A stretch of DNA of 64,000 nucleotides from an uncultured Chthonomonadaceae bacterium (GTDB lineage Bacteria > Armatimonadota > Chthonomonadetes > Chthonomonadales > Chthonomonadaceae). Every line of letters begins with the position of its first letter. Position 1 is the stretch's first letter. Positions 19,432-30,200 of this stretch are shown here, one piece after another. The position numbers and the translations under genes were made by a program. Location: NCBI GenBank assembly GCA_963817895.1, contig CAWFQB010000002.1, positions 576,001 to 640,000 of the forward strand. Reading direction: 5' to 3'. The notes below the pieces were generated by a model, which searched no databases, was not told the origin of the DNA, and saw only the letters and a program-made list of their open reading frames with translations.

Positions 19432-20901
19432 ATGTCGAAATATCATTCTGTTTCAAGACGACGCAGCCCTCTACCCATCGCGTCGGCAACCATTTTTCAG
19501 GCAGGCAAAAGCCTTGTTTTACTGGGCGTGGCGGCTTTGTTGAGCGGCTGCCACAAACCCGGCTCCAACGCTGCCGATACTGCCGCCGTCACGCCCAAAC
19601 CCACTGTGAAAGCCGTCGCCGCACCCGCCACGATTCCGCTTCCGCCCATGCCCGAAGGCGGCGTTCGCGGCATTTATGTGACCGGCTGGGTAGCGGGGCT
19701 GCACAACCGTTTCAACGCGCTGTGTGGACTGGTGGATCGCACCGAACTCAACGCGATGGTCATTGATGTCCGAGATGACGGCGAAATCAGTTACAAGGCG
19801 GATATTCCGCTTGCCATTGATTCTCATGCGTGCGTGAAGAAGTATGACGTGGACAAAGTGATCGCCACGCTCAACGAACACCATATCTGGCCGATTGCCC
19901 GCATCGCCTGTATGCGCGACACGCCACTCGCCAAAGCCCACCCGGAACTGGCCGTGCATGGGCCGGACGGGCAGGTATGGCATGACCGCTCCAAACACTA
20001 CTGGCTGAATCCCTACAAAAAAGAGGTTTGGGATTACAATGTAGATGTCGCGCTGGACGCGCTGAAACATGGATTTAAGGAGATACAGTTCGATTACGTG
20101 CGCTTTCCGAGCGAGGGCAAAATCTCCACGCTGCAATATCCCGGCAAGCCTCCCGGTTCCAAACGCACAGACCAGATCAACGCCTTTTTGAAATACGCCA
20201 GCGCGAAAATTCACGCGCAGGGCGGATGGTTTTCCGCCGATGTGTTCGGCCTGACGCCCACTGTGGAAAGGCGGTATCGCCTGCGCCATCCCGAAGCCGC
20301 AACACAAATGGCGGGCGCGAAGCCAACCAACGCGGCAGGAGTCGCGTCGGGCGCGATGCCCTCTGCCGCAACACCGGCGGCAGGCGCGGCGGCGACCATG
20401 CCTGCCGCTTCGTCCGCATCCCCGGCAGGAGGGAAAAACCTCGTCGCAAACACGGGCAAATCCGGCAAAACGGGCGCGTCCAAATCAAGCAAAAACGCGA
20501 AAAACGCGCCTGTTGATAAAATCGCCGAAGACATGGGCATCGGGCAGATGTTCAGCAAAATGGCGGCGAACATGAATTACATGTGTCCCATGACGTACCC
20601 TTCGCACTACGCGCATGGCGAGTTCGGCATTGCCAACCCCAACGCGGAACCCTACAAAGTGATCCTGAAATCCGTGGGCGACGCGAAAGACCTGATTGCC
20701 GACGTGCCGAACTGCAAACTGCGCCCCTGGATACAGGATTTCACGCTTGGCCCGCCGCACTACGGCCCCAATGAGGTGAAAGCGCAAATCAAGGCGCTTC
20801 ACGAACTCGGCATCCACGAGTATCTGCTGTGGAACGCGGGCTGCAAATTCACGGAAGCGGCACTGGCGAAGAAGAGTTCGTCCAAAGTAGCGACAAAATA
20901 G
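19432..20901 (+). CDS. Putative glycoside hydrolase (DUF4015-like) lipoprotein
   Basis: LLSGC lipobox; RGIYVT, NAMVID, GFKEIQFDYVRFP, SADVFG, PMTYPSHY, RPWIQDF. Confidence 0.8.
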   Translation: MSKYHSVSRRRSPLPIASATIFQAGKSLVLLGVAALLSGCHKPGSNAADTAAVTPKPTVKAVAAPATIPLPPMPEGGVRGIYVTGWVAGLHNRFNALCGLVDRTELNAMVIDVRDDGEISYKADIPLAIDSHACVKKYDVDKVIATLNEHHIWPIARIACMRDTPLAKAHPELAVHGPDGQVWHDRSKHYWLNPYKKEVWDYNVDVALDALKHGFKEIQFDYVRFPSEGKISTLQYPGKPPGSKRTDQINAFLKYASAKIHAQGGWFSADVFGLTPTVERRYRLRHPEAATQMAGAKPTNAAGVASGAMPSAATPAAGAAATMPAASSASPAGGKNLVANTGKSGKTGASKSSKNAKNAPVDKIAEDMGIGQMFSKMAANMNYMCPMTYPSHYAHGEFGIANPNAEPYKVILKSVGDAKDLIADVPNCKLRPWIQDFTLGPPHYGPNEVKAQIKALHELGIHEYLLWNAGCKFTEAALAKKSSSKVATK

Positions 20902-20969
20902 TGAGAGTGGAGAGTGAGAGCGAGAGTAGTAACGCATTTTCTCTCACTCTCACTCTCCACTCTTCACTT
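20901..20969. repeat. Inverted (GAGAGT)n ... (ACTCTC)n short-repeat element
   Basis: Seen directly; related arrays at ~43727-43828 and ~48504-48528. Confidence 0.75.
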
Positions 20970-20991
20970 ATGACCAACAAAGGAGACACTT

Positions 20992-21975
20992 ATGAAGATC
21001 GGCATTTTTACGGCTCTGTTCCATGACCGCCCCATCGAAGAGGCGCTGGACTACATCGCGGGCGCGGGCATTCAGGCGGTCGAATTCGGCGGCGGCGCGT
21101 ATCCCGGCGACAAACATTTGCAGGATGTGGGCGGCGCGGAAGCCCTAATCAACGACGAGGGCAAGCGCAAGCAGTTGCAGCAGATGCTGGATAGCCGGGG
21201 ATTGGAACTGACGGCCATTTCCGTGCATGGCAACCCCATCCACCCCAACAAAACAATCGCGCAGGAGCATCATACGGCTTTTCGCAACGCCGTTCTGCTG
21301 GCGGAAAAGATGGGCATCGGCGTGGTCAACGGTTTCAGCGGCTGTCCCTCGGGGCCGGGCGGGCAAAATCCGAATTGGGTGACATGCCCCTGGCCGGACG
21401 AGTTCCGCGATATTCTGGAATACCAGTGGAATACGGTCGCCATCCCCTACTGGACGGAACAGAACAAGTTCTTGCAGGAGCATAACGTCAAATTCGCCAT
21501 TGAAGCGCATCCCGGCTTTGTGGTCTACAACCCGGAAACCGTAATTAAACTGCGCGAAGCGGCGGGCGAAAACATCGGCTGCAACTTCGACCCGTCGCAC
21601 TTCTGGTGGCAGGGCATTGACCCGCTCGCGGCCATCCGCTATCTCGGCCCGAAGGGCGCGATCTTCCACGTCCACGCCAAAGACACCCGCATTGACCCGA
21701 TCAATTCCGGCATCAACGGCAATCTGGACGTGAAAAGCTACGGCGCGATTGCCGAGCGCAGTTGGGTGTTCCGCTCGGTCGGCTACGGCCATTCGCAGGA
21801 ATGGTGGAACGAGTTCGTGACCACGCTGAAAATGATCGGTTACGATTGGGTGCTGTCCATCGAGCATGAAGACGGCATGATGAGTACCAAAGAGGGCCTG
21901 ACCAAAGCCCTGCAAACGCTGGAAATCGCCGTCGTCAAAGAGAAACCCGGCGCGATGTTCTGGGCCAAAGACTGA
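20992..21975 (+). CDS. Sugar phosphate isomerase/epimerase (xylose isomerase-like TIM barrel)
   Basis: AIEAHPG, NFDPSH, HVHAKD, LSIEHED metal-binding motifs. Confidence 0.9.
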   Translation: MKIGIFTALFHDRPIEEALDYIAGAGIQAVEFGGGAYPGDKHLQDVGGAEALINDEGKRKQLQQMLDSRGLELTAISVHGNPIHPNKTIAQEHHTAFRNAVLLAEKMGIGVVNGFSGCPSGPGGQNPNWVTCPWPDEFRDILEYQWNTVAIPYWTEQNKFLQEHNVKFAIEAHPGFVVYNPETVIKLREAAGENIGCNFDPSHFWWQGIDPLAAIRYLGPKGAIFHVHAKDTRIDPINSGINGNLDVKSYGAIAERSWVFRSVGYGHSQEWWNEFVTTLKMIGYDWVLSIEHEDGMMSTKEGLTKALQTLEIAVVKEKPGAMFWAKD

Positions 21976-22149
21976 ATAGTTGATAGTGGCCCTCAACCCC
22001 TAACCCCTTCTCCCAAAAAAGCCTGGGAGAAGGGGAACCTGTTGAGATATACTCTTAACCACATGTTGGTAAACTGGTGTCTATCACATGGCAGGCGAAA
22101 TCGGTTTACACCTGCCCTAACAAATTTTAGGTGTAGCGGTATTGTCCTT

Positions 22150-23013
22150 ATGACCAAAAAGTACGATGTGACCACGAAAGACCTTGTGGAACTGCGTCCC
22201 TCAGATTGGCTGCCCTACCTCGGTTTGCCGCCTGCCGACGTAGAGGTTGTGGAAGCGGAACTGTCTACGGTTTCGCTGGCCGCCGATAAGGTATTGCGCA
22301 TCCTGGAAGAAGAACCCTCCCTGCTGCACATCGAGTTTCAGAGCGGACATGATGCCTCCGTTGTAGAGCGCGCGCTGCACTACAGCGTGGTGTTGCATGT
22401 TCGGCACAAATTGCCGGTTCGCAGCGTCCTTGTGTTGTTGAGCGAGGAAGCGGACAGGGGCAGTATTACGGGCGTACTGCAATATCGCTTGCCGGATACG
22501 CGCGTGTATCTGGAGTTCCGGTATCAGGTGGCGCGGGTGTGGGAAAAGCCCGTCGAAGAGGTGCTGGCAGGTGGATTGGGAACGCTGCCCTTCGCCCCGC
22601 TTGCCAGAGTGACCGAACAAGAACTGCCCGCCGTGATTGAGCGCATGAAGGCGCGTATTAACGCTGAAGCGACGCCCGAACAGGCGGGCAAACTGTGGAC
22701 GGCAACCAATGTGCTGATGGGCCTGCGCTATGAGGCCGAGTTCACGCGGCAACTGCTGCAAGGAGTGATGAACATGAAAGAATCCGTCACGTATCAGGCT
22801 ATCGTCGAAGAAGGTCGACAGGAAGGCCGACAGGAAGGCCGCGCAGAAGAAGCGCGTAACATTTTGCTGCGACAAGCCAGCATACGCTTCGGGCCACCGT
22901 CTGATGCGGTTCAGTTAGCGTTAGAGGGAATAACGACACTGGAAACGCTCGAAATTCTCTCTATCCGAGTTTTGAGTGTGGAAAGCTGGACAGAACTGCT
23001 TGACACGCCATAG
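22150..23013 (+). CDS. Rpn-like PD-(D/E)XK protein with DUF4351-like C-terminus
   Basis: ADKVL...LHIEFQS PD-(D/E)XK-like core; MKESVTYQAIVEEGRQEGRQEG repeat. Confidence 0.8.
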   Translation: MTKKYDVTTKDLVELRPSDWLPYLGLPPADVEVVEAELSTVSLAADKVLRILEEEPSLLHIEFQSGHDASVVERALHYSVVLHVRHKLPVRSVLVLLSEEADRGSITGVLQYRLPDTRVYLEFRYQVARVWEKPVEEVLAGGLGTLPFAPLARVTEQELPAVIERMKARINAEATPEQAGKLWTATNVLMGLRYEAEFTRQLLQGVMNMKESVTYQAIVEEGRQEGRQEGRAEEARNILLRQASIRFGPPSDAVQLALEGITTLETLEILSIRVLSVESWTELLDTP

Positions 23014-23064
23014 TGTCAACTATACACTTATGGCCGCAATCAGCAGCGCGCCATTGCCTCGCGT

Positions 23065-25635
23065 TTACCCGTTTACAGTTGAACTTGCTGCGGGAGATGG
23101 ATTCGTAATTTGATACGTTTTGCCCGTCTGCGTGGGGAACTCAGAAACGGTTGGTGTTGCCTGATGAACTTTTACGGCGTGGCCGCTTTCTGTGACTTGC
23201 AGGCGGGAGCCGCGTATGTGGCACGGCTGACCATTAAGGGAATGTATGGCTGCCGCTGTCAGTTTGCCGTTTTGCCATGCCATGTCTACCGTGAAGCCAT
23301 CCCGCGCCCGCAAGCCTTTGACATGCCCCTTGTTCCACGCGGACGGCAGGGCGGGCAGAAGATCAATGTACCCGTTCTGACTTTGCAGCAGCATTTCCGC
23401 TACGCCGGACGTGTAGCCGAAGTTGCCGTCAATCTGAAACGGCGGATGCGCGTCGAACAGGTTGGGGTACACGCCCGCGCCGCTGCCATTATACTGCACA
23501 TCCTTTGAACCGGCAGGCGTCAGGAGATTACGGACAAAGATATAGGCGTGTTCCCCGTCGCGCAATCGCGCCCACAGGTTCAATTTCCACGCTAATGCCC
23601 AACCGGTTCCGCCATCCCCGCGCAGTTCCAGCGCTTTTTTCGCGGCTGCGAACAGTTCGGGCGTCGTGTCGGGGTTGATCTCGTTGCCGGGATACAGGCC
23701 GTACACATGCGAAACGTGCCGATGATGCGGATCGGCAGGCGTGAAGTCCTGAAACCACTCCTGCAACGCGCCCTCATGGTTGATTTGCAGGGGATACAGG
23801 CGGGCAAGCGCGGCTTTCAGCTTTGCCGCAAACGCCTCATCCTGCCCCAGTAGCGCCGAGGCCTGAATACAATGCGTGAACAGGTCATGGATTACTTCCA
23901 TATCCATTGCGGTCGCGATGGACACGTCGGCGTGTTGGCCGTCCGGCGTGGTAAAAGAGTGTTCGGGCGAAGTAGAGGGCGCGGTGACAAGGTGGCCTTT
24001 GCCGTCGTCAATCAGCCAGTCGAGACAGAACTCCGCCGCGCCCTTCATCAGCGGATAGGCGCGGGTCGCGAGAAACTTTTTGTCGCCGCTGAACGCATAG
24101 TGTTCCCACAAATGCCGACACAGCCACGCGCCGCCCATCGGCCAGTTTGCCCATTGCGGCGAACCACCCCCATGCCCGACAGGATTGCTTTGCGCCCATA
24201 TATCCGTATTGTGGTGAGCCGTCCAGCCATGCGCGCCGTAGTTTATCATCGCCGTCTTGCGCCCGTTCGCGGCGAGCGCGGGCAGAAAATCGAGCAGGGG
24301 CAGGTGGCACTCGGCTAGATTGGCGGTTTCGGCAGGCCAGTAGTTCATCTCCGTGTTGATATTGATGGTGAAGTTGGAACTCCACGGCGGGCGCGGCGAG
24401 TTGTTCCAGATGCCCTGCAAATTGAGGGGCGGCCCGCCCGGACGCGACCCGGCAATCATCAGATAGCGGCCATACTGAAACAGCAGCGTGGCGAGTTGGG
24501 GATCATTGCTGGCATAAAACTGTTTGACGCGCTCGTCTGTCGGCGCATCCGCCGTTTTCGCCGCGCCAAGATCGAGTTCCACGCGCCCGAACAACTTCTG
24601 GTAATCCGCGACATGGGCGGCAAGCAGTTTCTCATAAGCGTGAGCGGTTGCAGTTTTCAGAACCTGCGTGGTAAATTCGGCAGGGTTTTTGCCCTCGCGA
24701 CTCGGCGAATGATCGTAGCCGTTGAAACTGGTGGCGGACGCGAGGCGCAGGGTCACGCTGTCCGCGCCGATGATGCGCAGGCTGTCCGCGTCGGCAACAG
24801 TGACGCCGCCCTGCGTTTCGATTTGCAGGCGCGACTCGAAACGAGTCCCTTTTGAATCCGCGCCCTCATCGTAGGCAATCGGGTTGTCGCTGCGGACATA
24901 ATTGGGATCGGCGCGAACCGGGGCGCGTCCCTGCATAATCAATGCGCGAGTGCCGTCTGTCGTAGTCTGATGATGCAGAAGGCTGTCCAATCGGGCGCGA
25001 AATTCAATCTGTCCGGGCTTGTCCGCCGTTAAATGGACGATAAGGATTTGATCGGGATGGCTGGCGAAAATCTCGCGGGTGAAATGGATGCCGTTTTGCG
25101 TATAGCGCGTGGTCACGACGGCGCGGCGCAGGTCAAGCGCGCGGTTGTAATTCTCAACCGGGGAAGAGGCGTTGGGGGCGGAACTGAAATCCAGATGCAG
25201 GTCGCCGAGCGGCATGTACGCCTGCGTATACGGCCCCTGCATCTGGCGGCAGAGTTTGTCGGCTTCGGCGTAATGTCCCGCGAACAGGGCTGCCCGTATT
25301 TTCGGCAGCACATCCTTCGCGCCGGGATTGTTGCCGTCCTGCGGTTCGCCCGACCAGAGGGTAGACTCGTTTAATTGCAAATGTTCATGCAGGACGCCGC
25401 CGAACACCATTGCGCCCTGCCGTCCATTGCCGACGGGCAGGGCTTCCACCCATTTTTGGGCAGGCCGGCGATACCAGAGACTGAGCGGTTCCTGCGGCGC
25501 GTTCGCCTGTCCCTGAAAAACGACACTGTTTTCCGCCGTCTGTATATTCTGCATCCGTTTCTCTGCCCGTCCCATTTGCGCTATAACCAACAAAAACAGA
25601 AGTATTGCCGCCAGTATGCTGCTTCGCTGCATCAT
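23065..25635 (-). CDS. Glycoside hydrolase family 95 (alpha-L-fucosidase-like), secreted
   Basis: [46 protein letters not shown]. Confidence 0.93.
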   Translation of the reverse strand: MMQRSSILAAILLFLLVIAQMGRAEKRMQNIQTAENSVVFQGQANAPQEPLSLWYRRPAQKWVEALPVGNGRQGAMVFGGVLHEHLQLNESTLWSGEPQDGNNPGAKDVLPKIRAALFAGHYAEADKLCRQMQGPYTQAYMPLGDLHLDFSSAPNASSPVENYNRALDLRRAVVTTRYTQNGIHFTREIFASHPDQILIVHLTADKPGQIEFRARLDSLLHHQTTTDGTRALIMQGRAPVRADPNYVRSDNPIAYDEGADSKGTRFESRLQIETQGGVTVADADSLRIIGADSVTLRLASATSFNGYDHSPSREGKNPAEFTTQVLKTATAHAYEKLLAAHVADYQKLFGRVELDLGAAKTADAPTDERVKQFYASNDPQLATLLFQYGRYLMIAGSRPGGPPLNLQGIWNNSPRPPWSSNFTININTEMNYWPAETANLAECHLPLLDFLPALAANGRKTAMINYGAHGWTAHHNTDIWAQSNPVGHGGGSPQWANWPMGGAWLCRHLWEHYAFSGDKKFLATRAYPLMKGAAEFCLDWLIDDGKGHLVTAPSTSPEHSFTTPDGQHADVSIATAMDMEVIHDLFTHCIQASALLGQDEAFAAKLKAALARLYPLQINHEGALQEWFQDFTPADPHHRHVSHVYGLYPGNEINPDTTPELFAAAKKALELRGDGGTGWALAWKLNLWARLRDGEHAYIFVRNLLTPAGSKDVQYNGSGAGVYPNLFDAHPPFQIDGNFGYTSGVAEMLLQSQNGYIDLLPALPSAWNKGHVKGLRARDGFTVDMAWQNGKLTAAAIHSLNGQPCHIRGSRLQVTESGHAVKVHQATPTVSEFPTQTGKTYQITNPSPAASSTVNG

Positions 25636-25728
25636 TTCACCTTTGTCTGGAAACCGGTTAAAACTACAAATTCTTTCCTGAGTAATCATCGCTTCTTATG
25701 ACAGTAACTCTTGACTACGCTGGCAATG

Positions 25729-26160
25729 TTACCTCAATGGATGTTCCTCGCCAAGCGCCAATAATGCGCGTCGGATGTTCATTGCGCCACGCCGATTTAA
25801 CCGTAGACGCGCGATGGTGACGCGCCCGGTTGCGGTCACAGGTGAGACGCTCAACGCATCTTCACTCCATGCAAAGTGGTCGCTCCAAACGTCATTGCGA
25901 GGATGGTAAAGGGGAACCTGCTCACCGGTTTGCGTATCCAGAACGCTTTGGTCATCCTGCTTACGGTTGTTACAGTTGTGGCAGGCGAAGGCAAGATTTT
26001 CTAATTCGTCACTTCCCGAATTCGCTACGGGCTGAATAGGATCTACGGTAAACGTATCCAGTGAAAAATCTTCGGGTGATTGACAGTATTCGCATCGGCC
26101 CCGCGCTCGGGCAATGACCTCCCGCCGTATACGAATGGAAATTTTGCGTCTGGCTGCCAT
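25729..26160 (-). CDS. HNH endonuclease
   Basis: RARGRCEYC...NLAFACHNCNNRK...LYHPR...W..HF; the usual DH reads DP here. Confidence 0.85.
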   Translation of the reverse strand: MAARRKISIRIRREVIARARGRCEYCQSPEDFSLDTFTVDPIQPVANSGSDELENLAFACHNCNNRKQDDQSVLDTQTGEQVPLYHPRNDVWSDHFAWSEDALSVSPVTATGRVTIARLRLNRRGAMNIRRALLALGEEHPLR

Positions 26161-26166
26161 GAGCGG

Positions 26167-26526
26167 TCAGGGAGTAAGAAGCGGACGAATTCCCAGTCGC
26201 TCCATTAGTTCGCGTACTGGAATGTCGCGCAATCGAGAAAGTTGAGTCAGATCTATCAGACGCTGCGCGCCGCGCTCCTCCCGTTCGTCCAGAAGGGTTT
26301 GTAATCGCCTGCTTCCGTCAGAGTTCAGCAATCCGGCTTTTTGGCGACGCAACAGCCGATGGAATTCGCGCGTTTCGGTTTCCGGCGTTGCCGTGTGAAT
26401 ACGCCATAGAAGTTCCACTTCGAGCAGACGTTGCGCCGCCAGTTGTTCCGGCGTCACGCCCGCATGATCGGCTTCATCGCGAAAACGGGCTTCCATATCC
26501 GGTTGCAAAGTGATAGTCAGTGTCAT
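26167..26526 (-). CDS. Hypothetical protein, antitoxin-like partner upstream of HNH
   Basis: MTLTITLQPDMEARFR ribbon-helix-like N-terminus; directly upstream of the HNH gene. Confidence 0.6.
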   Translation of the reverse strand: MTLTITLQPDMEARFRDEADHAGVTPEQLAAQRLLEVELLWRIHTATPETETREFHRLLRRQKAGLLNSDGSRRLQTLLDEREERGAQRLIDLTQLSRLRDIPVRELMERLGIRPLLTP

Positions 26527-26533
26527 TGTTTTA

Positions 26534-27328
26534 TCAACGCTTATCGTCGTCTTTGGTTGAGTTCTTCCACAGCTTTTCGAGCTTGCGCTGTTCCTGTTTG
26601 GCGCGGAACCAGCCTGACAGTCCACTGCGGGCGGGTACGCGGTCTTCATCGTACATGCGCAGCGGGGGCGGCGTTTTGGAACGGGCGGGGGCATAGCCGC
26701 GCCACATAGAGCGGCCATAGCGGGCATACAAATACGCCGTGCCGCAAGCGACAAGCCCGAACAATCCCATTGCCCCTGCGCCCAACTCATACCAGACGAA
26801 TACCAGCGTCAGCGCCAGCAGCACGGGCGCGGGGATGCGGCATAATCCGCCGTAGAAACAGATCGATTCGCGGGAATTGACGACGCACCACGCGACAGTG
26901 GCCGGGGCAATCGCGAAGTACAAACCCGCCAGCGGAATAGAGGGAAAGCCCAGCAGAATCCCGCCTATCCAGACGCTGACCGCCATCAGGGCGGCGCAGC
27001 CGAAGAAGAAACCGAGAAAGGTTTTCAGCCCCCAGCTCCGCTCCAGACTGCCGCACATCCAGAACGCCCACAGGCAAGAAAATAGCACGTTGATCGGATG
27101 CCCGCCACCCGCCAGAGGCCATGTCAGCAGCGTCCAGGGATACTGCATCCAGTGCAGAGAGTTGAACCCCAGCCAATAGGCCGGACTGGAAGCAGGCGCA
27201 ATTCCACTCCAGAAGAACGAAATCACGTTCAGGGCGATCAGCGTGACGGTGACAGGCGCACCCGTTTGCGTAACGAAACGCTGAACTTTCTGCAATGGAC
27301 TATTATAATTATTGTAGCGGCTATACAT
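26534..27328 (-). CDS. Rhomboid-like membrane protein
   Basis: VTVTLIALN, PWTLLTW, GSLERSWG; several TM helices; no clear GxS catalytic motif. Confidence 0.7.
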   Translation of the reverse strand: MYSRYNNYNSPLQKVQRFVTQTGAPVTVTLIALNVISFFWSGIAPASSPAYWLGFNSLHWMQYPWTLLTWPLAGGGHPINVLFSCLWAFWMCGSLERSWGLKTFLGFFFGCAALMAVSVWIGGILLGFPSIPLAGLYFAIAPATVAWCVVNSRESICFYGGLCRIPAPVLLALTLVFVWYELGAGAMGLFGLVACGTAYLYARYGRSMWRGYAPARSKTPPPLRMYDEDRVPARSGLSGWFRAKQEQRKLEKLWKNSTKDDDKR

Positions 27329-27483
27329 CGGGTAGGCTCCGGTGAGGCACGTTGGTAGTTTGGTAGGTTGTTAGTTGTCAAGTTGTTAGGGCTTAAGAAG
27401 TTTTTGCTCTTGTTTCAGGATACCCTATTTATGCGTGGGCGGTTCCCGTTGCGACATGAGAAATGGCCGCTTCTTTACATTTA

Positions 27484-28781
27484 GGGACTCTCTAGAATTA
27501 AGTTGTTCCATTAGCAACGGTGTCAGGTCGTATCTCAACGAACCACTTGTCCAAGCCAGGTAGTCGGCGCACCTGAGTTTCCAGGGCTTGCATAGCTTTT
27601 TGGCTCAACTTCACGCCGATGGGATAGGTCTGTTCTATCAATTGGACGCTCGGAGGCTTGCCTTTCCAGGTCATGGAGCGGGCAAACTTGACCACGGCAT
27701 CTACACTGTCGAGCCAGTCGCCGTTCCAGTGGTTTTCCAAGACGCCCCAACAGCGTTCCACAGGATTGTACTTGCTGTGGTAAGGCGGATAGTACGCCAG
27801 TTGCACACTCAATCCCGTTTGCTGGACGAACTGCACCAGCCGATGCAGGAACTGTGTGCGCCGACTATGACACTCCGGCCCGTTGTCAAGGTTGAGGTGC
27901 AGCGTCGTGATGTGCGCAAAGCGTTGCCGGTTGGCTTCCCACCAGTGGTGGAGAATGTCGGCCAGGCAGTCACTCGTGACCTTTGACGTGCCCGCGTACA
28001 GCGCCAGTTCGTCCTCAGACGGCAGCAGCAACCCAACGGGCGTAACCTGAGCGCTCGGGTGAAAGTCATGGTCGGCGGCATGAACTTGGACGCGGTTGTT
28101 GCCGCCACGCGAATACTCGCCTACCTTCACGGTGGCTTTGGCATCCATAGAGACCCGCAACGTGGTTGCGTCGGTGTCGGCTTGCGAGTTGACCTGGCTC
28201 AGTTTGTCAAAGATGGCGTCGGTTTCGGCAATCTTTTTTTGGGCAGGCTCTTCTGCACCTTCTTAGGATGGTAGCCCAGGCGCGTGAGGCGCGTGCGGAT
28301 ACTCTCCTCACAGGGGAGTTCGCCTTCGGTGTAGCCCTTTTGCAGGATCAGTTGCCGACGCACCTCGGCAGCCGTCAAGCGGGTATATAACCGCTGATTG
28401 CGAAACTGCGGGTCGGTCTGGCTCTGCCCATCTACAAGCGCGCGGATGTCGTCGAGCAGGTGGGGCAACCGCGCTTCGGCGGGCTTGCGTCCGCGCAGCG
28501 CCAATGCACCGGCACAGGTGACGCCGCTACGCAGTTCGTATCCACCTTTGCGCAGCGTGTCGCGGTTCCAACCCAGTTCGCGTTGCGCCAAGCGTTGTCC
28601 ACCCGCGCCAAGTTCGCGCACAATCCGCGCCATGAACAAACGGCGCGTGCTACCTTTGAGCGTATTAGCCGTCTCGATGAACACAGCCTTGAGGCTGTCG
28701 GTAAGTTCCACAGAGTAACTCCTGCATGGTAATAGCAGGTTGTTCCATGTTCTCTGGCATATTTTAATCTTTGAGAGTCCC
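27484..28781 (-). mobile_element. ISAzo13 family insertion sequence (1298 bp) with imperfect terminal IRs and TTA target duplication
   Basis: Ends gggactctc...gagagtccc; TTA at 27481-27483 and 28782-28784; transposase inside. Confidence 0.88.
27498..28711 (-). CDS. ISAzo13 family DDE transposase in two frames joined at an AAAAAAAG slippery site (~28233-28240)
   Basis: RVSMDAKA, LDNGPE, YYPPYHSKYNPVE motifs; N-terminal GRKP...SQTDPQF...YTRLT. Confidence 0.9.
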
Positions 28782-28805
28782 TTACAGACGTGGCATAGGA
28801 CGGGC

Positions 28806-30200
28806 TTACGGTTTTGGCTTTTCGGATTCGGCCAGATGGCGCAGGGTTTCGCTGACGACGAGCATGGCGCGGCCCTGATGATAGGCTTCCGTCCATTGGT
28901 CGCTTTTGATATGGCCGGGAATGGGGGTACCGTCACGGCTGACAGTGGCATACCAGCCCCCGTAACGATTATCGGTTTGATGGGCGCGAATAAACTCCCA
29001 TTGACGCAAAAACGCCTGCCAGTAACGCGGCGTTTCCCGCCCATATTTTTCGTGCATCAGCAGCAGGGCGTTCAAGCCTTCCGCTTCCACCCACCAGATT
29101 TTGTCCGTGACAACCGGCGGGCCGAACGCCGTGCCGGAATCGTAAAAGCCGCCGTTCGTCTCGTCCCATCCATATTCCAAAGCGTGATCCACCAGTTGCC
29201 GCGCCGATTTCCACGTTTTGGCGTCCTGCCCTATGTTCAATGCCTGCGCCGCTTCCACGAGCAAAAACGCGGTTTCCACGTCATGCCCGAAGGAATCGTG
29301 GTCGGGAATGGGGCGCCATGCCGGGGTGTAAAACAGATTCATGCAGCCGGGTTCCACGACGATACGGTCACGGACAAGGGCAAACACCTCTTTCAGCCGT
29401 GTCCGTACCCCCGCATCCGGCCACACGCCATACAAAGCCGTGAGCGCTTCCAATAGATGAATGTGCGTGTTCATGGACTTGTAGCCGTAATGTGTTCCGA
29501 TGAAGTCATTAGCACCGGCATTGGCGGTGGCAGGCGGCGTTAGAATCGGCTTGCCTTCCCGCGTAAGGCTCTCGTAATAGCCGCTATTGGATTTATCGTG
29601 GGCGTGGGCTTCCAGCCAACCGTAAGCGCGTTTCGCCAGATCGAGAGCGCGAGTCTCTTTGGTTGCCTGATAACACGCCGCCGCCGCGTAAATACCGAAT
29701 GCGATGCCGTAAACATGTTTTTCGCCATCCCGTTCCGGCTGTCCGTTTTCATCCAATGCCCAGAAGAAGCCGCCGTGTTCTTTATCCCACAATTTGCTGT
29801 CCAGAAAGTCCAGTCCGTGCCGAGCGGCGTTGCGGTATGTTTCCGCCTGTTCGGGGTAGCGCATTGCAGACTGCGCGGCGATCCACGTCAGGCGCGATTG
29901 ATACACCAGTCCTTTGTCGTTCTTCGGGTCGCGCGTCCAATCCTCGCGGAAGTTCTGATAAAATCCGCCGTGTTCATTGTCAAGGGACGCGGGAAACCAT
30001 TTTGCCAGCACATGCTGCTTCAAATTGGTTTCTACATTATCAGCAAGCAGGCGGTAGTCAGCGGGGGACGGCGCGGCATCAGCAGAAAGCATTACATTGA
30101 TTCCAGTAGTTTTAATTTTGAATGGCTCTGACGCGGCAGCAGGCGAAGACAGAATGTACAGCGGCAGCGTCAACATTGACAGCAAGCAGAAATATTTCAT
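28806..30200 (-). CDS. AGE family epimerase/isomerase (cellobiose 2-epimerase-like) with signal peptide
   Basis: DKEHGGFFW, KSMNTHIHLLEA, SFGHDVE, KIWWVEAE, YH. Confidence 0.9.
   Translation of the reverse strand: MKYFCLLSMLTLPLYILSSPAAASEPFKIKTTGINVMLSADAAPSPADYRLLADNVETNLKQHVLAKWFPASLDNEHGGFYQNFREDWTRDPKNDKGLVYQSRLTWIAAQSAMRYPEQAETYRNAARHGLDFLDSKLWDKEHGGFFWALDENGQPERDGEKHVYGIAFGIYAAAACYQATKETRALDLAKRAYGWLEAHAHDKSNSGYYESLTREGKPILTPPATANAGANDFIGTHYGYKSMNTHIHLLEALTALYGVWPDAGVRTRLKEVFALVRDRIVVEPGCMNLFYTPAWRPIPDHDSFGHDVETAFLLVEAAQALNIGQDAKTWKSARQLVDHALEYGWDETNGGFYDSGTAFGPPVVTDKIWWVEAEGLNALLLMHEKYGRETPRYWQAFLRQWEFIRAHQTDNRYGGWYATVSRDGTPIPGHIKSDQWTEAYHQGRAMLVVSETLRHLAESEKPKP

Noticed and set aside
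22150..23013. Rpn-like gene as an insertion sequence
   Set aside because: No terminal inverted repeats or target duplication seen; treated as a stand-alone gene.
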